A stretch of 64,000 bases of DNA from an uncultured Chloroflexia bacterium (GTDB lineage Bacteria > Chloroflexota > Limnocylindria > Limnocylindrales > CSP1-4): NCBI GenBank assembly GCA_963734535.1, contig CAVTHS010000002.1, forward strand, positions 32,001 through 96,000, read 5' to 3'. The translations under genes and the position numbers were made by a program. Below, in pieces: positions 42,252 through 51,738 of this stretch; positions within the stretch are counted from its first letter, which is position 1; each line of letters opens with the position of its first letter. Below the pieces are notes generated by a model, which was not told the origin of the DNA, did not search any database, and worked only from the letters and a program-made list of their open reading frames with translations.

Positions 42252-43391
42252 ATGCGTCACCTGTATCTCGCCGCGACGGGCCAGAACCGGGGCAAGACCA
42301 CCGCCTCGCTCGGCCTTGTCCACGCCTTCGTCGAGGAGGGTCTCCGGACGGGCTTCACGAAGCCCGTCGGCCAGCGCACGGTCACCGACGAGACGGGCGT
42401 GCCGGCGGACGAGGATGCCGTCCTCATGAAGGCGGTCTTCGGCCTCACCGACCCCAACGACGTGATGAGCCCGGTCCACATCCCGCGTGGCTTCACGAAG
42501 GCGTACATCGCCGGCGAGGTCGTCGAGGACCTGGGGGCGCGGATCCGGCGCGCGCACGCGATCCTCGCGGAGACGAAGGACCTCGTGCTCATCGAGGGGA
42601 CGGGCCACGCCGGCGTCGGCGCGGTCATCGGGCTGTCGAACGCGGTGGTGGCGAACCTGCTGGGGGCGCCCGCCGTGATCGTCAGCGAGGGCGGCGTGGG
42701 CCGGCCCATCGACGAGATCGTCCTCAACGCCGCGCTCTTCGAGAAGTACGGGGTGACCGTGGCCGGCGCCATCGTCAACAAGGTGGACCTCGATGTGCAG
42801 CCGGGCCTCCAGGCCGTGCTCGAGCGCGGGCTGGCCCGCCACGGGATCCCGCTCCTCGGCGTCATCCCGTACCGGCCCCTGCTCTCCAACCCGAGCCTCG
42901 CGATGATTCTCGAAGGCACGCGGGCGGAGCTGCTGCATGCCGGCCCCGACCTGGACCTCGTGATCGGGGGCATCAGCGTCGCGGCGATGGAGCCCCACCA
43001 CGTCCTCCAGCACGTCGTGGGCCGCCGGATCGTGATCGTGGCAGGCGACCGCGAGGACGTGATCGTTGCGCTTGCCAGGGCGCACCGGGCGGAGATGCGC
43101 CGGCCCGCGGTGATTCGCGGCGAGACACAGCCGGCGATGCTGGGCTTCGTCCTGTCCGGGTACCGGCCGCGCCCGGCGCTGGTCGACGAGATCCGACGGG
43201 CCGACCTGTTCGCGTGCTACCTCGACGAGGATACGTACATGGTGGCGTCGGACGTCCACGACCTGCTCGTCAAGACGCACCCCGCCGACCGCGAGAAGAT
43301 CGCCACGATCAAGGCCCTGGTCGGCGAGGCGCTCGACGTGGATCGGCTCCTGGGCGCGGCGACGGAGGCGCGCATCCCCGGCTCGGCGTGA
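42252..43391 (+). CDS. Pta N-terminal-like protein (BioD-like P-loop + DRTGG)
   Basis: GQNRGKTT, KPVG, LIEGTGH, GGVGRPID, AGDRED. No PTA catalytic domain. Confidence 0.88.
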   Translation: MRHLYLAATGQNRGKTTASLGLVHAFVEEGLRTGFTKPVGQRTVTDETGVPADEDAVLMKAVFGLTDPNDVMSPVHIPRGFTKAYIAGEVVEDLGARIRRAHAILAETKDLVLIEGTGHAGVGAVIGLSNAVVANLLGAPAVIVSEGGVGRPIDEIVLNAALFEKYGVTVAGAIVNKVDLDVQPGLQAVLERGLARHGIPLLGVIPYRPLLSNPSLAMILEGTRAELLHAGPDLDLVIGGISVAAMEPHHVLQHVVGRRIVIVAGDREDVIVALARAHRAEMRRPAVIRGETQPAMLGFVLSGYRPRPALVDEIRRADLFACYLDEDTYMVASDVHDLLVKTHPADREKIATIKALVGEALDVDRLLGAATEARIPGSA

Positions 43392-43399
43392 ATTGGTGC

Positions 43400-43451
43400 T
43401 TGACACCCCGCCGCGCCGCCGGTAATCTTCTCATTATCGTGAATGAGAAGA
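43400..43451 (+). promoter_or_regulatory. Promoter with perfect operator palindrome
   Basis: TTGACA-17 bp-TAATCT; TCTTCTCATT-N6-AATGAGAAGA at 43426-43451. Confidence 0.85.
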
Positions 43452-44059
43452 CAAGCGACGCCCCGGCATCACGGACGCACGGTCCGGATCTCATCCTGCA
43501 TCCGATCCGGATGCGCCTGATCGTGGCCCTGGGGGCGGGAGTGCCGATGGCCGCGGCGCAGCTCCTGGAGCGGATGCCGGACGTCCCGCCCGCCACGCTC
43601 TACCGGCATCTCAGCGTGCTCCGGCAGGGCGGCATCATCGCGTTCGCGGACGAGCCGCGACGGGGCGAGGCGGTCGAGCGCCGCACCCGCGGCGCGGTCG
43701 AGCGCCGCTATGTCCTGCGTGCCGGCGCCGCGTCGCTTGCGCCCGAGGACCTTGCGAGCGCTACTCCGGATGACCACCTGCGCTGGTTCGCCTCGTTCCT
43801 CGCGAGTCTCCTCGGCTCGTTCAGCCGCTATGTCGGGGCAGGAGTGCCGGACCTCGCGCGTGACGGCGTCGGGTATCGGGAAGTGGTTCTCCATCTCAGC
43901 GATGACGAGCTCGTCCAGATGAGCGTCGCCCTCAACTCGGCCCTGACGCCATTCGTGGCACATACGCCAGGCAACGGGCGGACGGCCCGTCTCTTCGCAA
44001 CCGTCCTTCTGCCCGCCGACAAGCCGTCGACGGGTCCTGCAACCAGGAGCGCCGAATGA
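43439..44059 (+). CDS. ArsR-like winged-HTH regulator
   Basis: LHPIRMRLI..DVPPATLYRHL..RGAVERRY. Confidence 0.88.
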   Translation: MNEKTSDAPASRTHGPDLILHPIRMRLIVALGAGVPMAAAQLLERMPDVPPATLYRHLSVLRQGGIIAFADEPRRGEAVERRTRGAVERRYVLRAGAASLAPEDLASATPDDHLRWFASFLASLLGSFSRYVGAGVPDLARDGVGYREVVLHLSDDELVQMSVALNSALTPFVAHTPGNGRTARLFATVLLPADKPSTGPATRSAE

Positions 44060-44256
44060 ACACGGGCCAGATCATCCTCCTCCTTCTCCCGGTCCTTCTC
44101 CTCGAGCTCGCCCTGCTCGGATTGGCGATCCGGGATCTGCTCAAGGACGAGCGCCACGTTCGCGGCGGCAACAAGGCGCTCTGGGCGCTCGTGATCGTCT
44201 TCATCAGCCTGATTGGACCGATCGTCTACTTCGCGATCGGGAGGGAGGACGCATGA
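44056..44256 (+). CDS. PLDc_N-domain small membrane protein
   Basis: KALWALVIVFISLIGPIVYF. Confidence 0.85.
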   Translation: MNTGQIILLLLPVLLLELALLGLAIRDLLKDERHVRGGNKALWALVIVFISLIGPIVYFAIGREDA

Positions 44257-45221
44257 CCGCCGCATCGGCGACTGCGGGGGACGTGAGCACGCACGGGCTC
44301 ACCAAGCGCTACCGGCTCGACGTCGCGCTCGATCATCTCGACCTCGACGTCCCCGCCGGCTGCGTCTTCGGCTTCCTTGGGCCGAACGGGGCAGGGAAGA
44401 CGACGACCCTGCGACTCCTTACGGGCCTCGCCCGGCCCACCGAGGGGAGCGCCACCGTCGCGGGGATCGACGCCACCTCCGGCGGGCGCGCCCTTGCCGA
44501 ACGCATCGGCGCGCTCGACCAGGATCCGCGCTACTACGGGTGGATGACCGGGCGCGAGCTGCTCGCGTTCGTGGGCCGGCTGCACGGGCTCGACGGATTG
44601 GCCCTGCGCTCGCGCGTCGACGAGGTGCTGGAGACGATCGGCCTCGTCGACGCGAAAGACCGGCGGATCGGCGGCTACTCGGGCGGGATGCGCCAGCGCC
44701 TCGGGATCGGGCAGGCGATGCTGCCGCGACCGTCGGTGCTCTTCCTCGACGAGCCGGTGAGCTCGCTCGATCCGGCCGGACGCCGCGACGTGCTCGAGCT
44801 GATCGGCCGCCTGCGCGGGACGAGCACCGTCTTCATGAGCACGCATATCCTCAACGACGTCGAGCGCGTCTGCGATCGTGTCGGGATCCTGAACCACGGC
44901 CGCCTGATCGCCGAGGCGCCCATGGATGAGCTCCTCGCGAGCCACGCCCGGCCGATCCTGGAGCTGGACCCCGAGCCCGGCCAGGATGCCGCCATTGCCG
45001 CGCTCGTCGCGACGCTGCGCGCGCAGTCCTGGACGCGCGACGTGCGCGTGGAGAGCGGCCTGGTCCGGGTGTTCGTGACCGACGCCGAACGTGCGGTCAC
45101 CGAGATGCTGCCGCTGGTCGTGGCGTCCGGGGTCCGCGTGGGCCGCTTCGAGCGAGTTCGGCCGACCCTGGAGGACGTCTTCCTTGCCCTCGTGGGGACC
45201 TCCGGGGAGGTGCGGACGTGA
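44253..45221 (+). CDS. ABC transporter ATP-binding protein
   Basis: GPNGAGKTT, YSGGM, LDEP, STH. Confidence 0.95.
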   Translation: MTAASATAGDVSTHGLTKRYRLDVALDHLDLDVPAGCVFGFLGPNGAGKTTTLRLLTGLARPTEGSATVAGIDATSGGRALAERIGALDQDPRYYGWMTGRELLAFVGRLHGLDGLALRSRVDEVLETIGLVDAKDRRIGGYSGGMRQRLGIGQAMLPRPSVLFLDEPVSSLDPAGRRDVLELIGRLRGTSTVFMSTHILNDVERVCDRVGILNHGRLIAEAPMDELLASHARPILELDPEPGQDAAIAALVATLRAQSWTRDVRVESGLVRVFVTDAERAVTEMLPLVVASGVRVGRFERVRPTLEDVFLALVGTSGEVRT

Positions 45222-45994
45222 GCGCGTTCGCCGGGTTCCGACTGCTGCTCCAGAAGGAGCTGCGTGAGCAGCTTCGCACGCTTCGACTGGTCGTCGTCGT
45301 CATCGTCCTCGCGGCGTTCGGCGCCACCTCGCCGCTCCTCGCGAAGTTCCTGCCCGACATCATCAAGGTGGCCGGGACCGAGACCGCCGGCCTCACGATC
45401 ACGATGCCGACGCCCACCACGGCCGACGCGGTCGCCCAGCTCGTGAAGAACCTCGGCCAGTTCGGCCTCCTCATCGCGATCCTCGTGGCGATGGGCAGCG
45501 TGGCGACGGAGAAGGAGCGCGGGACGGCGGGGTTCGTGCTCACGAAGCCGGTCGGACGCGGTCCGTTCATCATGGCCAAGGCGGCGGCGATCGGCCTGCT
45601 GCTGGCGGCCGGGATCGCGGCCGGGTACGCGCTCGCGTGGGTCTACACCGCGGTGCTCTTCGAGCCGCTGCCTCTCCCCGGCTTCGCGGCGAGCGGCGCG
45701 CTGCTGTGGCTCTCGCTGCTCCTGACCGGCAGCGTCACTTTCCTGTTCTCGGTCCTGGCGCGCTCGTCGCTCGTCGCCGGCGGCGCCGGCTTCGTCGCCC
45801 TCATCGTGACGGGCATCGTCGCGGCGATCCCGGGGATCGGGGCCTACGCGCCGACCGGCCTCTCGACGCCCGCCGTTGCCCTCGCGCTCGGCAACGCGGG
45901 GGGCGACCTCGCCGGCCCGATCATCGTCAACCTGGCCCTGGTGGGGCTCGCCCTGGGCGCCGCGCAGGTCGCCTTCCGTCGACAGGAGCTGTGA
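45218..45994 (+). CDS. ABC-2 type permease
   Basis: KELRE, EKERGT..LTKP, FRRQEL; about 6 TM. Confidence 0.9.
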   Translation: MSAFAGFRLLLQKELREQLRTLRLVVVVIVLAAFGATSPLLAKFLPDIIKVAGTETAGLTITMPTPTTADAVAQLVKNLGQFGLLIAILVAMGSVATEKERGTAGFVLTKPVGRGPFIMAKAAAIGLLLAAGIAAGYALAWVYTAVLFEPLPLPGFAASGALLWLSLLLTGSVTFLFSVLARSSLVAGGAGFVALIVTGIVAAIPGIGAYAPTGLSTPAVALALGNAGGDLAGPIIVNLALVGLALGAAQVAFRRQEL

Positions 45995-47016
45995 GGGCAG
46001 CCGCCGCCTTCTGCAAACCCGTCACGCCTCCGCGGCGGGCGGCAGGGCAGCCGGCGTCGACGGCCGTGCGCCGGATCCGCCGGAGCACGACGAAGGCGAG
46101 CAGCGCGATCAAGCCCGCCCACGAGGAGGATCGGGACCCAGACGATCAGGAGCCAGATCCCGGCGCCGGCCAGCCCCTGGCCAAGGCCGACGAGGGCCGC
46201 GGCCGCCTGGTCGACCTCGCGCGCCGGATCCCAGCCCTCGCGCACCTGCGTCACGGCGACCGTCGGCGGCGGCGTGAAGCTGACGGTGAGCGAGGCCAGC
46301 GCCGCCTGGTTCTCGAGCGTCTGCTTCTGGGCCGCCAGCTGCTCGATCTGCTGGCGAACGCCGGTCAGCTGCTCCTGGACCGCGAGGACGTCCGGGATCT
46401 TCGTGGCCTTGTCCATGATCCCCTGGAGGGCGGTCTCGGTGACGCGGAGGTTGGCGAGGCGGGCGCCGAGGTCGACCACCTGGGCCGTGACCTCCTGGCT
46501 CGTCGTCTGTTCCCCGAGGACCTTCGTGCCGAGCTTCCGAAGCGCGTCGAGCGCCTCCGTCCAGCGGGCGGCGGGGATCCGGAACATCACGCTCGCCGAG
46601 GCCTTGTCGGCGTCGCCGCTCCGCTGCGAGCCCGACACGTACCCACCGACGGCCGTGACCGCAGCCTCGGCGGAGCGGATGGCCGCCTCGAGGTCGGCGA
46701 CCTGGAGATCCATCTGGCCCGTGCGGACGATGAGCGGGCCGCTTCCGTCGGGCGCCGCCACCTCCGTACCGCCCGTCGTGGTCGTGCCGCCGTTGGCGGA
46801 CCCGAACGACCCGTCGCGGACAGCGGAGGCCGCTGCGCTCGGCATCGCCGCCGGCGCCTCTGCGGGCTGGCCGGAGTCAGGGCCGCCGATGGTCCTGAGG
46901 GGGTTGCTGGCCGCGCTGCCGCAGCCGCCGAGCAGCGCCGCAACCATGAGCAGGCTGCCGATCCCGATGGCGACGCGCGTGCCCGCGCGTCCCTGGACGC
47001 TTCGATGCGCCATCAC
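45927..47016 (-). CDS. DUF4349 lipoprotein (frameshift near 46115)
   Basis: LLGGC lipobox, IVRTG, GGYV, RIPA, EVTAQVVDL, C-terminal TM. Confidence 0.85.
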
Positions 47017-47100
47017 GTCACCCCGTGGCTGGTGGACGGCGGCGCGAGGGCGCGTCGCTCGTCCCGGTGACGCGACCGGGCGCGGCCCGGTTCCGGCCCG

Positions 47101-47931
47101 TCAGCCGAGGCGAACGTTGTCGATCAGGCGGGTGGTGCCGAAGCGCACCGCGAGCGAGAGCAGCGCGGGCCGCTCAACCGCCGTCAGCTCCTCGAGGGTG
47201 GCGTCGTCGGCCAGCGAGACGTAGTCGACGTCGGCCCGCGCCTCGGTCGAGAGCACGCTCCGCACGATGGCGCGGATGGCGTCCGCGGATCGTTCGCCGC
47301 CGTCGTAGGCCGCGCGACCGGCGAAGAGCGCCCGCGCCAGGATGGCCGCCGCGGCTCGATCCTCGGGCGACAGGTGGACGTTGCGGGACGAGAGGGCGAG
47401 GCCGTCGGGCTCGCGCACGGTCGGGCAGCGCACGATCTCGGTGATGCCCAGGTCGCGGACCATGCGATCGATCACGCGGAGCTGCTGGCCGTCCTTCTCG
47501 CCGAAGTAGGCGCGATCCGGCCGGACGACCCCGAACAGGACCGCCACCACGGTGGTGACCCCGGCGAAGTGGCGCGGGCGGGCTGCGCCCTCGAGCGGCC
47601 CGGCCAGCCGCTCGACCGTGACCAGGGTGTCGAAGCCGGGGGGGTAGACGTCGTCGACGCCGGGAATCCACACGAGGTCCGCACCGGCACCGGCGCAGAG
47701 CGCGAGGTCGGCGGACTCGCCCCGGGGATACCTGGCGAGGTCGCCAGGGTCGTCGAACTGGCGGGGATTGACGAAGATCGAGACGGCAACCGCGGCGCAC
47801 TCCTCGCGAGCCTGCGCGATCAACGAGCGATGGCCGGCGTGGAGCCAGCCCATCGTGGGGACCAGGCCGAGCGGCCGGGGGAGCGCCGCGAGCGCGCGGC
47901 GGAGCTCGTCGCGGCTGCGAACGACCTCCAC
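47101..47931 (-). CDS. panC: Pantoate-beta-alanine ligase
   Basis: VPTMGWLHAGH, SIFVNP, FGEKDGQQ, GLALSSRN, RLIDN. Confidence 0.97.
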   Translation of the reverse strand: MEVVRSRDELRRALAALPRPLGLVPTMGWLHAGHRSLIAQAREECAAVAVSIFVNPRQFDDPGDLARYPRGESADLALCAGAGADLVWIPGVDDVYPPGFDTLVTVERLAGPLEGAARPRHFAGVTTVVAVLFGVVRPDRAYFGEKDGQQLRVIDRMVRDLGITEIVRCPTVREPDGLALSSRNVHLSPEDRAAAAILARALFAGRAAYDGGERSADAIRAIVRSVLSTEARADVDYVSLADDATLEELTAVERPALLSLAVRFGTTRLIDNVRLG

Positions 47932-47940
47932 GAATCGCCG

Positions 47941-48861
47941 CTAAAGGTCGCGATCGAGCGGGATCCCCGCTTCGATCCGCGGCGACCCCTCGACGGTGCG
48001 GTCATCCGGGGCGTGACCGAGCACCTCGTCGAGGATCGCGTCGTCCATCCGGCTGGACTGCGCGGAGCCGGGGAAGGTCCCCGCCTCGACCTCGGACCGG
48101 TACGCGGCGGCGGCGGCCAGGATCACGGCCCGCATGTCGGCGTATGCCTTCGCATGGCGCGGCATGAACGTGCCCAGGCCCAGGAAGTCGGTCACGACCT
48201 GGACCTGGCCCGAGCATCCGGCGCCCGCCCCGATCCCGATCGTCGGGATTCGCAGGCGGGCAGTGATCGCCGCGGCGAGCTGCTCCGGCACGAGCTCGAG
48301 GACGACCGCGAACGCGCCCGCTTCCTGCACCGCGAGGGCGTCGTGGAGGAGCGCGCGCGCAGCCTCGCGCGTCCGGCCCTGGACTCGGACCTTGCCGAGG
48401 GCGTTGATCGCCTGCGGCGTGAGGCCGATGTGCCCCATCACGGGCACGCCCGCCCGGACCAGCGTCTCGATGACCCGAGCCGTCCGCACGCCGCCCTCCA
48501 CCTTGACCGCCTGCGCGCCGGCCTCGCGCAGGAAGCGGCCGGCGTTGCGGACCGCGTCGTCGGACGTGGCGTAGGAGAGGAACGGCATGTCCGCGACGAC
48601 GAGCGCGCGATGGGCGCCCCGGACGACTGCCTTGGTGTGGTGGAGCATCTCGTCCATCGTCACCCTGACGGTCGTCTCGTAGCCGAGCATCACCTGGCCC
48701 AGGGAGTCGCCCACGAGGAGCATCGGGATGCCCGCCTCGTCGAGGATGCCGGCAGTCGGGTAGTCGTATGCCGTCAGCATCGCGATCCGCTCGCCGTCCG
48801 CGTGCATGCGGGCGATGTCAACCACCGTCATGCGGCGCGTGCTCTCCGAGGTGCTGCTCAC
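47941..48861 (-). CDS. panB: Ketopantoate hydroxymethyltransferase
   Basis: LTAYD, LVGDSLG, ADMPF, VKVEGG, GHIGLTPQ, IGIGAG. Confidence 0.97.
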   Translation of the reverse strand: MSSTSESTRRMTVVDIARMHADGERIAMLTAYDYPTAGILDEAGIPMLLVGDSLGQVMLGYETTVRVTMDEMLHHTKAVVRGAHRALVVADMPFLSYATSDDAVRNAGRFLREAGAQAVKVEGGVRTARVIETLVRAGVPVMGHIGLTPQAINALGKVRVQGRTREAARALLHDALAVQEAGAFAVVLELVPEQLAAAITARLRIPTIGIGAGAGCSGQVQVVTDFLGLGTFMPRHAKAYADMRAVILAAAAAYRSEVEAGTFPGSAQSSRMDDAILDEVLGHAPDDRTVEGSPRIEAGIPLDRDL

Positions 48862-50259
48862 GAGGTCGTCCTCCCGGGCGTGGCTGTCGCGCCAGTCTGC
48901 ACCGGCTCGTCGCGAGCGTCCAGCAGCGTCACGACGCGATCCAGGATCCGGTCGGCGACGCTGCGCTTCGGCAGGAGCGGCAGCGCGTCGACGCCACCGT
49001 CGGCGGCGAAGAGCGTGACCCGGTTTGTCGACGTGCCGAAGCCCGACCCCGGCTCGGTGACGTCATTGGCGACCAGGAGGTCGAGGCGTTTCGCCCGGAG
49101 CTTGGCAGCGACACGGCCGAGGCCCCCGGTCTCGGCGGCGAACCCCACCAGGACGGGCCGGGGCAGGATCGGGCGCCCGCACCGGCGCCCCGGCCTCGTC
49201 GAGCCCGCGCACGCGGCGACCCAGGCCGGCGAGGACGTCGGGGTTGGGAACCAGCTCGAGGGTCAGCCCGGCATCCGTGCGCGCGATCTTGTGGTCGACG
49301 GGCGCCGCGGGCCGGAAGTCGGCCACCGCGGCCGCCATGACCAGGGCGTCGAAGCCGGCGCGTCCGGTGGGGGTCTCGACGAGCGCGGCGAGGGCAGCCT
49401 CCATCGCGGCCGCGGTCTCCGCCCGGATCACCTCGACCCCCACCGGGATCGCGACCTGCAGCGTCCCGGCCACGAGGGTGACCCGGGCGCCCCGGTCGCG
49501 GGCGGCCTCGCACACGGCGACGCCCATCGTGCCCGTGCTCCGATTGCCGATGAAGCGGACCGGGTCGATCGGCTCGGCGGTCCCGCCGGCCGTGACCACG
49601 ATGTGGCGGCCACCCAGGTCGTCCGCGTCGCGGCCGAGATTCTCGGCGTCGGGCAGGCGCGGGGGCCGGTCGGCCGGGTCGGGCTTCCGGATCGGACGCT
49701 CCCCGATCGCCTCGACCGCCGCGTCGACGATCCGCTCGAGCGCGGCGAGGCGGCCGATCCCGACCTGGCCCGACGCGAGGCCGCCCGTCTCGGGTTCGAC
49801 GATCCGGTAGCCGAAGCCGTCGCGCAGGATCTGCACGTTCGCCTGGGTGGCGGGGTGGGCGTACATGTCGCCGTCCATGGCCGGCCCGACCACGACCGGC
49901 GCGGACGTGGCGAGGCAGGTGGCGGTGACCACGTCCGCGGCGAGGCCGTGCGCCATGGCGCCGAGCCAGTGCGCGGTCGCCGGCGCGACCACCACGACAT
50001 CGGCCGCGTCGGCGGTGATCACGTGACCGATCCGCCCGTCGGGGAGGAGGTCCAGCACGTCCGCGTCCACGGGCCGGCGGCTCAGCGCCGCGAGCGTGAG
50101 GGGCGCCACGAAGCGCGTCGCCGACGGGGTCATCAGGACGACCACGTCCGCTCCCTCGGCGCGGAAGAGGCGCAGCAGGTCGACCGCCTTGAACGCGGCG
50201 ATCGAGCCGGTGATGCCGAGCGCGACGAGGCGACCTGCGAGGCGTCCGGGCTGGGTCAC
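48858..50259 (-). CDS. coaBC: Bifunctional PPC decarboxylase/synthetase (frameshift near 49170)
   Basis: GITGSIAAFK, PAMD..M, TAGGTAEPIDPVRFIGNRSTG, AAVADF, GFAAET, VANDV. Confidence 0.93.
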
Positions 50260-51056
50260 GCCTGCGCCCCGTCGCCGGCGACGACCCGGTGGAAATGGAC
50301 CAGCCCCTTGAGCGTCAGGTCCGGATCGATCCCATCGAGGCCCTCGATCGTCCGGGCCCACGGAAGGATGCTCAGGCCGCCCGTCAGGACGGCCCGGACC
50401 TCGTGGGACGGGATCTCCGCGGCCGTGGCCAGCTCGCGCCGGATGCGGCCGAGGACCCCCTCGATCATGGTCCGGTGCCCGAGCACCGTGCCCACCCGGA
50501 TCGCCGACGCGGTGTCGCGCCCGATCGCGCCGTCGGGGATGCGAAGCTCGACGAGCGGGAGGCGTGCCGTCCGCGCGGCCAGGGCCTCCAGGCCGAGCCG
50601 GAGGCCCGGCGCGATCGCGCCGCCGACGAACGCGCCGTGCGCATCGACGACGTCGAACGTGGTCGCCGTCCCGCAGTCGACGACGATCGCGGGCGTGCCG
50701 AGCAGGTGCGCGGCGGCGTACGCGTTGATGAGCCGGTCCGGGCCCACCTCGCTCGGCCGGTCCACGCGAACGGCCATCGGGATCGTCCCCGCAGCGGCGA
50801 TGGTGCAGGGCATCTCCCGCCGCGCGGCGACGGCCTCGAAGGCGTCGCCGAGCGCGGGGACCGTGCTGACGAGCGCGCAGGCCGCGATGTCGCCGAGGCC
50901 ATGGCCGTCGAGCTGGAGCAGGCCCTCGAGCAGGATCTCCAGCTCGTCGGGGGTCGCGCTCGCCCGGGTGGCGGCGCGCCGCGAGGCGATCAGGGCGCCG
51001 TCCCGGGCAAGGCCGATCGTGACCTGGGAGTTGCCGGCGTCGATCACGAGGAGCAT
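50256..51056 (-). CDS. coaX: Type III pantothenate kinase
   Basis: IDAGNS, VGPDR, VDCGTATT, GGAIAPG, LTGG. Confidence 0.95.
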   Translation of the reverse strand: MLLVIDAGNSQVTIGLARDGALIASRRAATRASATPDELEILLEGLLQLDGHGLGDIAACALVSTVPALGDAFEAVAARREMPCTIAAAGTIPMAVRVDRPSEVGPDRLINAYAAAHLLGTPAIVVDCGTATTFDVVDAHGAFVGGAIAPGLRLGLEALAARTARLPLVELRIPDGAIGRDTASAIRVGTVLGHRTMIEGVLGRIRRELATAAEIPSHEVRAVLTGGLSILPWARTIEGLDGIDPDLTLKGLVHFHRVVAGDGAQA

Positions 51057-51288
51057 GCGGCGATCATAGGGCCGGACGACGCACCGGGATCGGGCGGACC
51101 GTGGGCGCCCCGTCGAACGATCCCGAACCGCAACCTGGCGAACCGGGCCCGACGCCCCCGTGTGCGCTACCATCGGGCGGTCGCGCCCCGCGACCGTGGT
51201 CACGACGGCGACCGTGGTCGCTGCTGCGACCCCGGATGAACGACCGAGCGGCTCGTTCGGGAAGACGGCGAACGGCAGGAGATGCCCG

Positions 51289-51720
51289 ATGGCACGTCCG
51301 ACTCCAGCGCGGTTCTTCGTGAACAGCGGGCTCGTCGCCTCGCGAGCGGACATCCACAACCTGCTCCGCCCGCTCGTGAAGCAGACCGTCTCCTATCGCT
51401 ATTTCCGGGGGCGTGACCTCGTCGCGTCGGGTACCGGCTGGGTGGAGCGGGTCGTCATCGACGAGCCCGAGACCTCGAGCTACTTCACGCCGGTCTCGAT
51501 CTGCCTCAACGTTGACTCCTTCGAGCACCTCGACTTCGAGACCCGGCCCGACCAGCTCATCGTCTACACGCTCGTCGAAGGCGACGAGAAGGTCGTCCTG
51601 GAGTACGCGCCGCTCCGCGAGCGCGGAACGGGGGAGCAGGCGCCGGGGCAGCTCGCCTTCGATACCAGCGGCTTCGTCCAGATGGAGCTGCTCGCGTCGC
51701 CCGACGACGAGGAGGCCTGA
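51289..51720 (+). CDS. Hypothetical beta-rich protein (143 aa)
   Basis: AGGAG RBS, good codon bias, alternating hydrophobic pattern. Confidence 0.7.
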   Translation: MARPTPARFFVNSGLVASRADIHNLLRPLVKQTVSYRYFRGRDLVASGTGWVERVVIDEPETSSYFTPVSICLNVDSFEHLDFETRPDQLIVYTLVEGDEKVVLEYAPLRERGTGEQAPGQLAFDTSGFVQMELLASPDDEEA

Positions 51721-51738
51721 CCGCGCCCTGCCGTCGGG

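Noticed and set aside
47374-51069. Very long antisense ORFs (also 19958-22978, 33210-36242, 602-2341)
   Set aside because: These are shadow ORFs opposite real genes, expected at high GC3, with no motifs.
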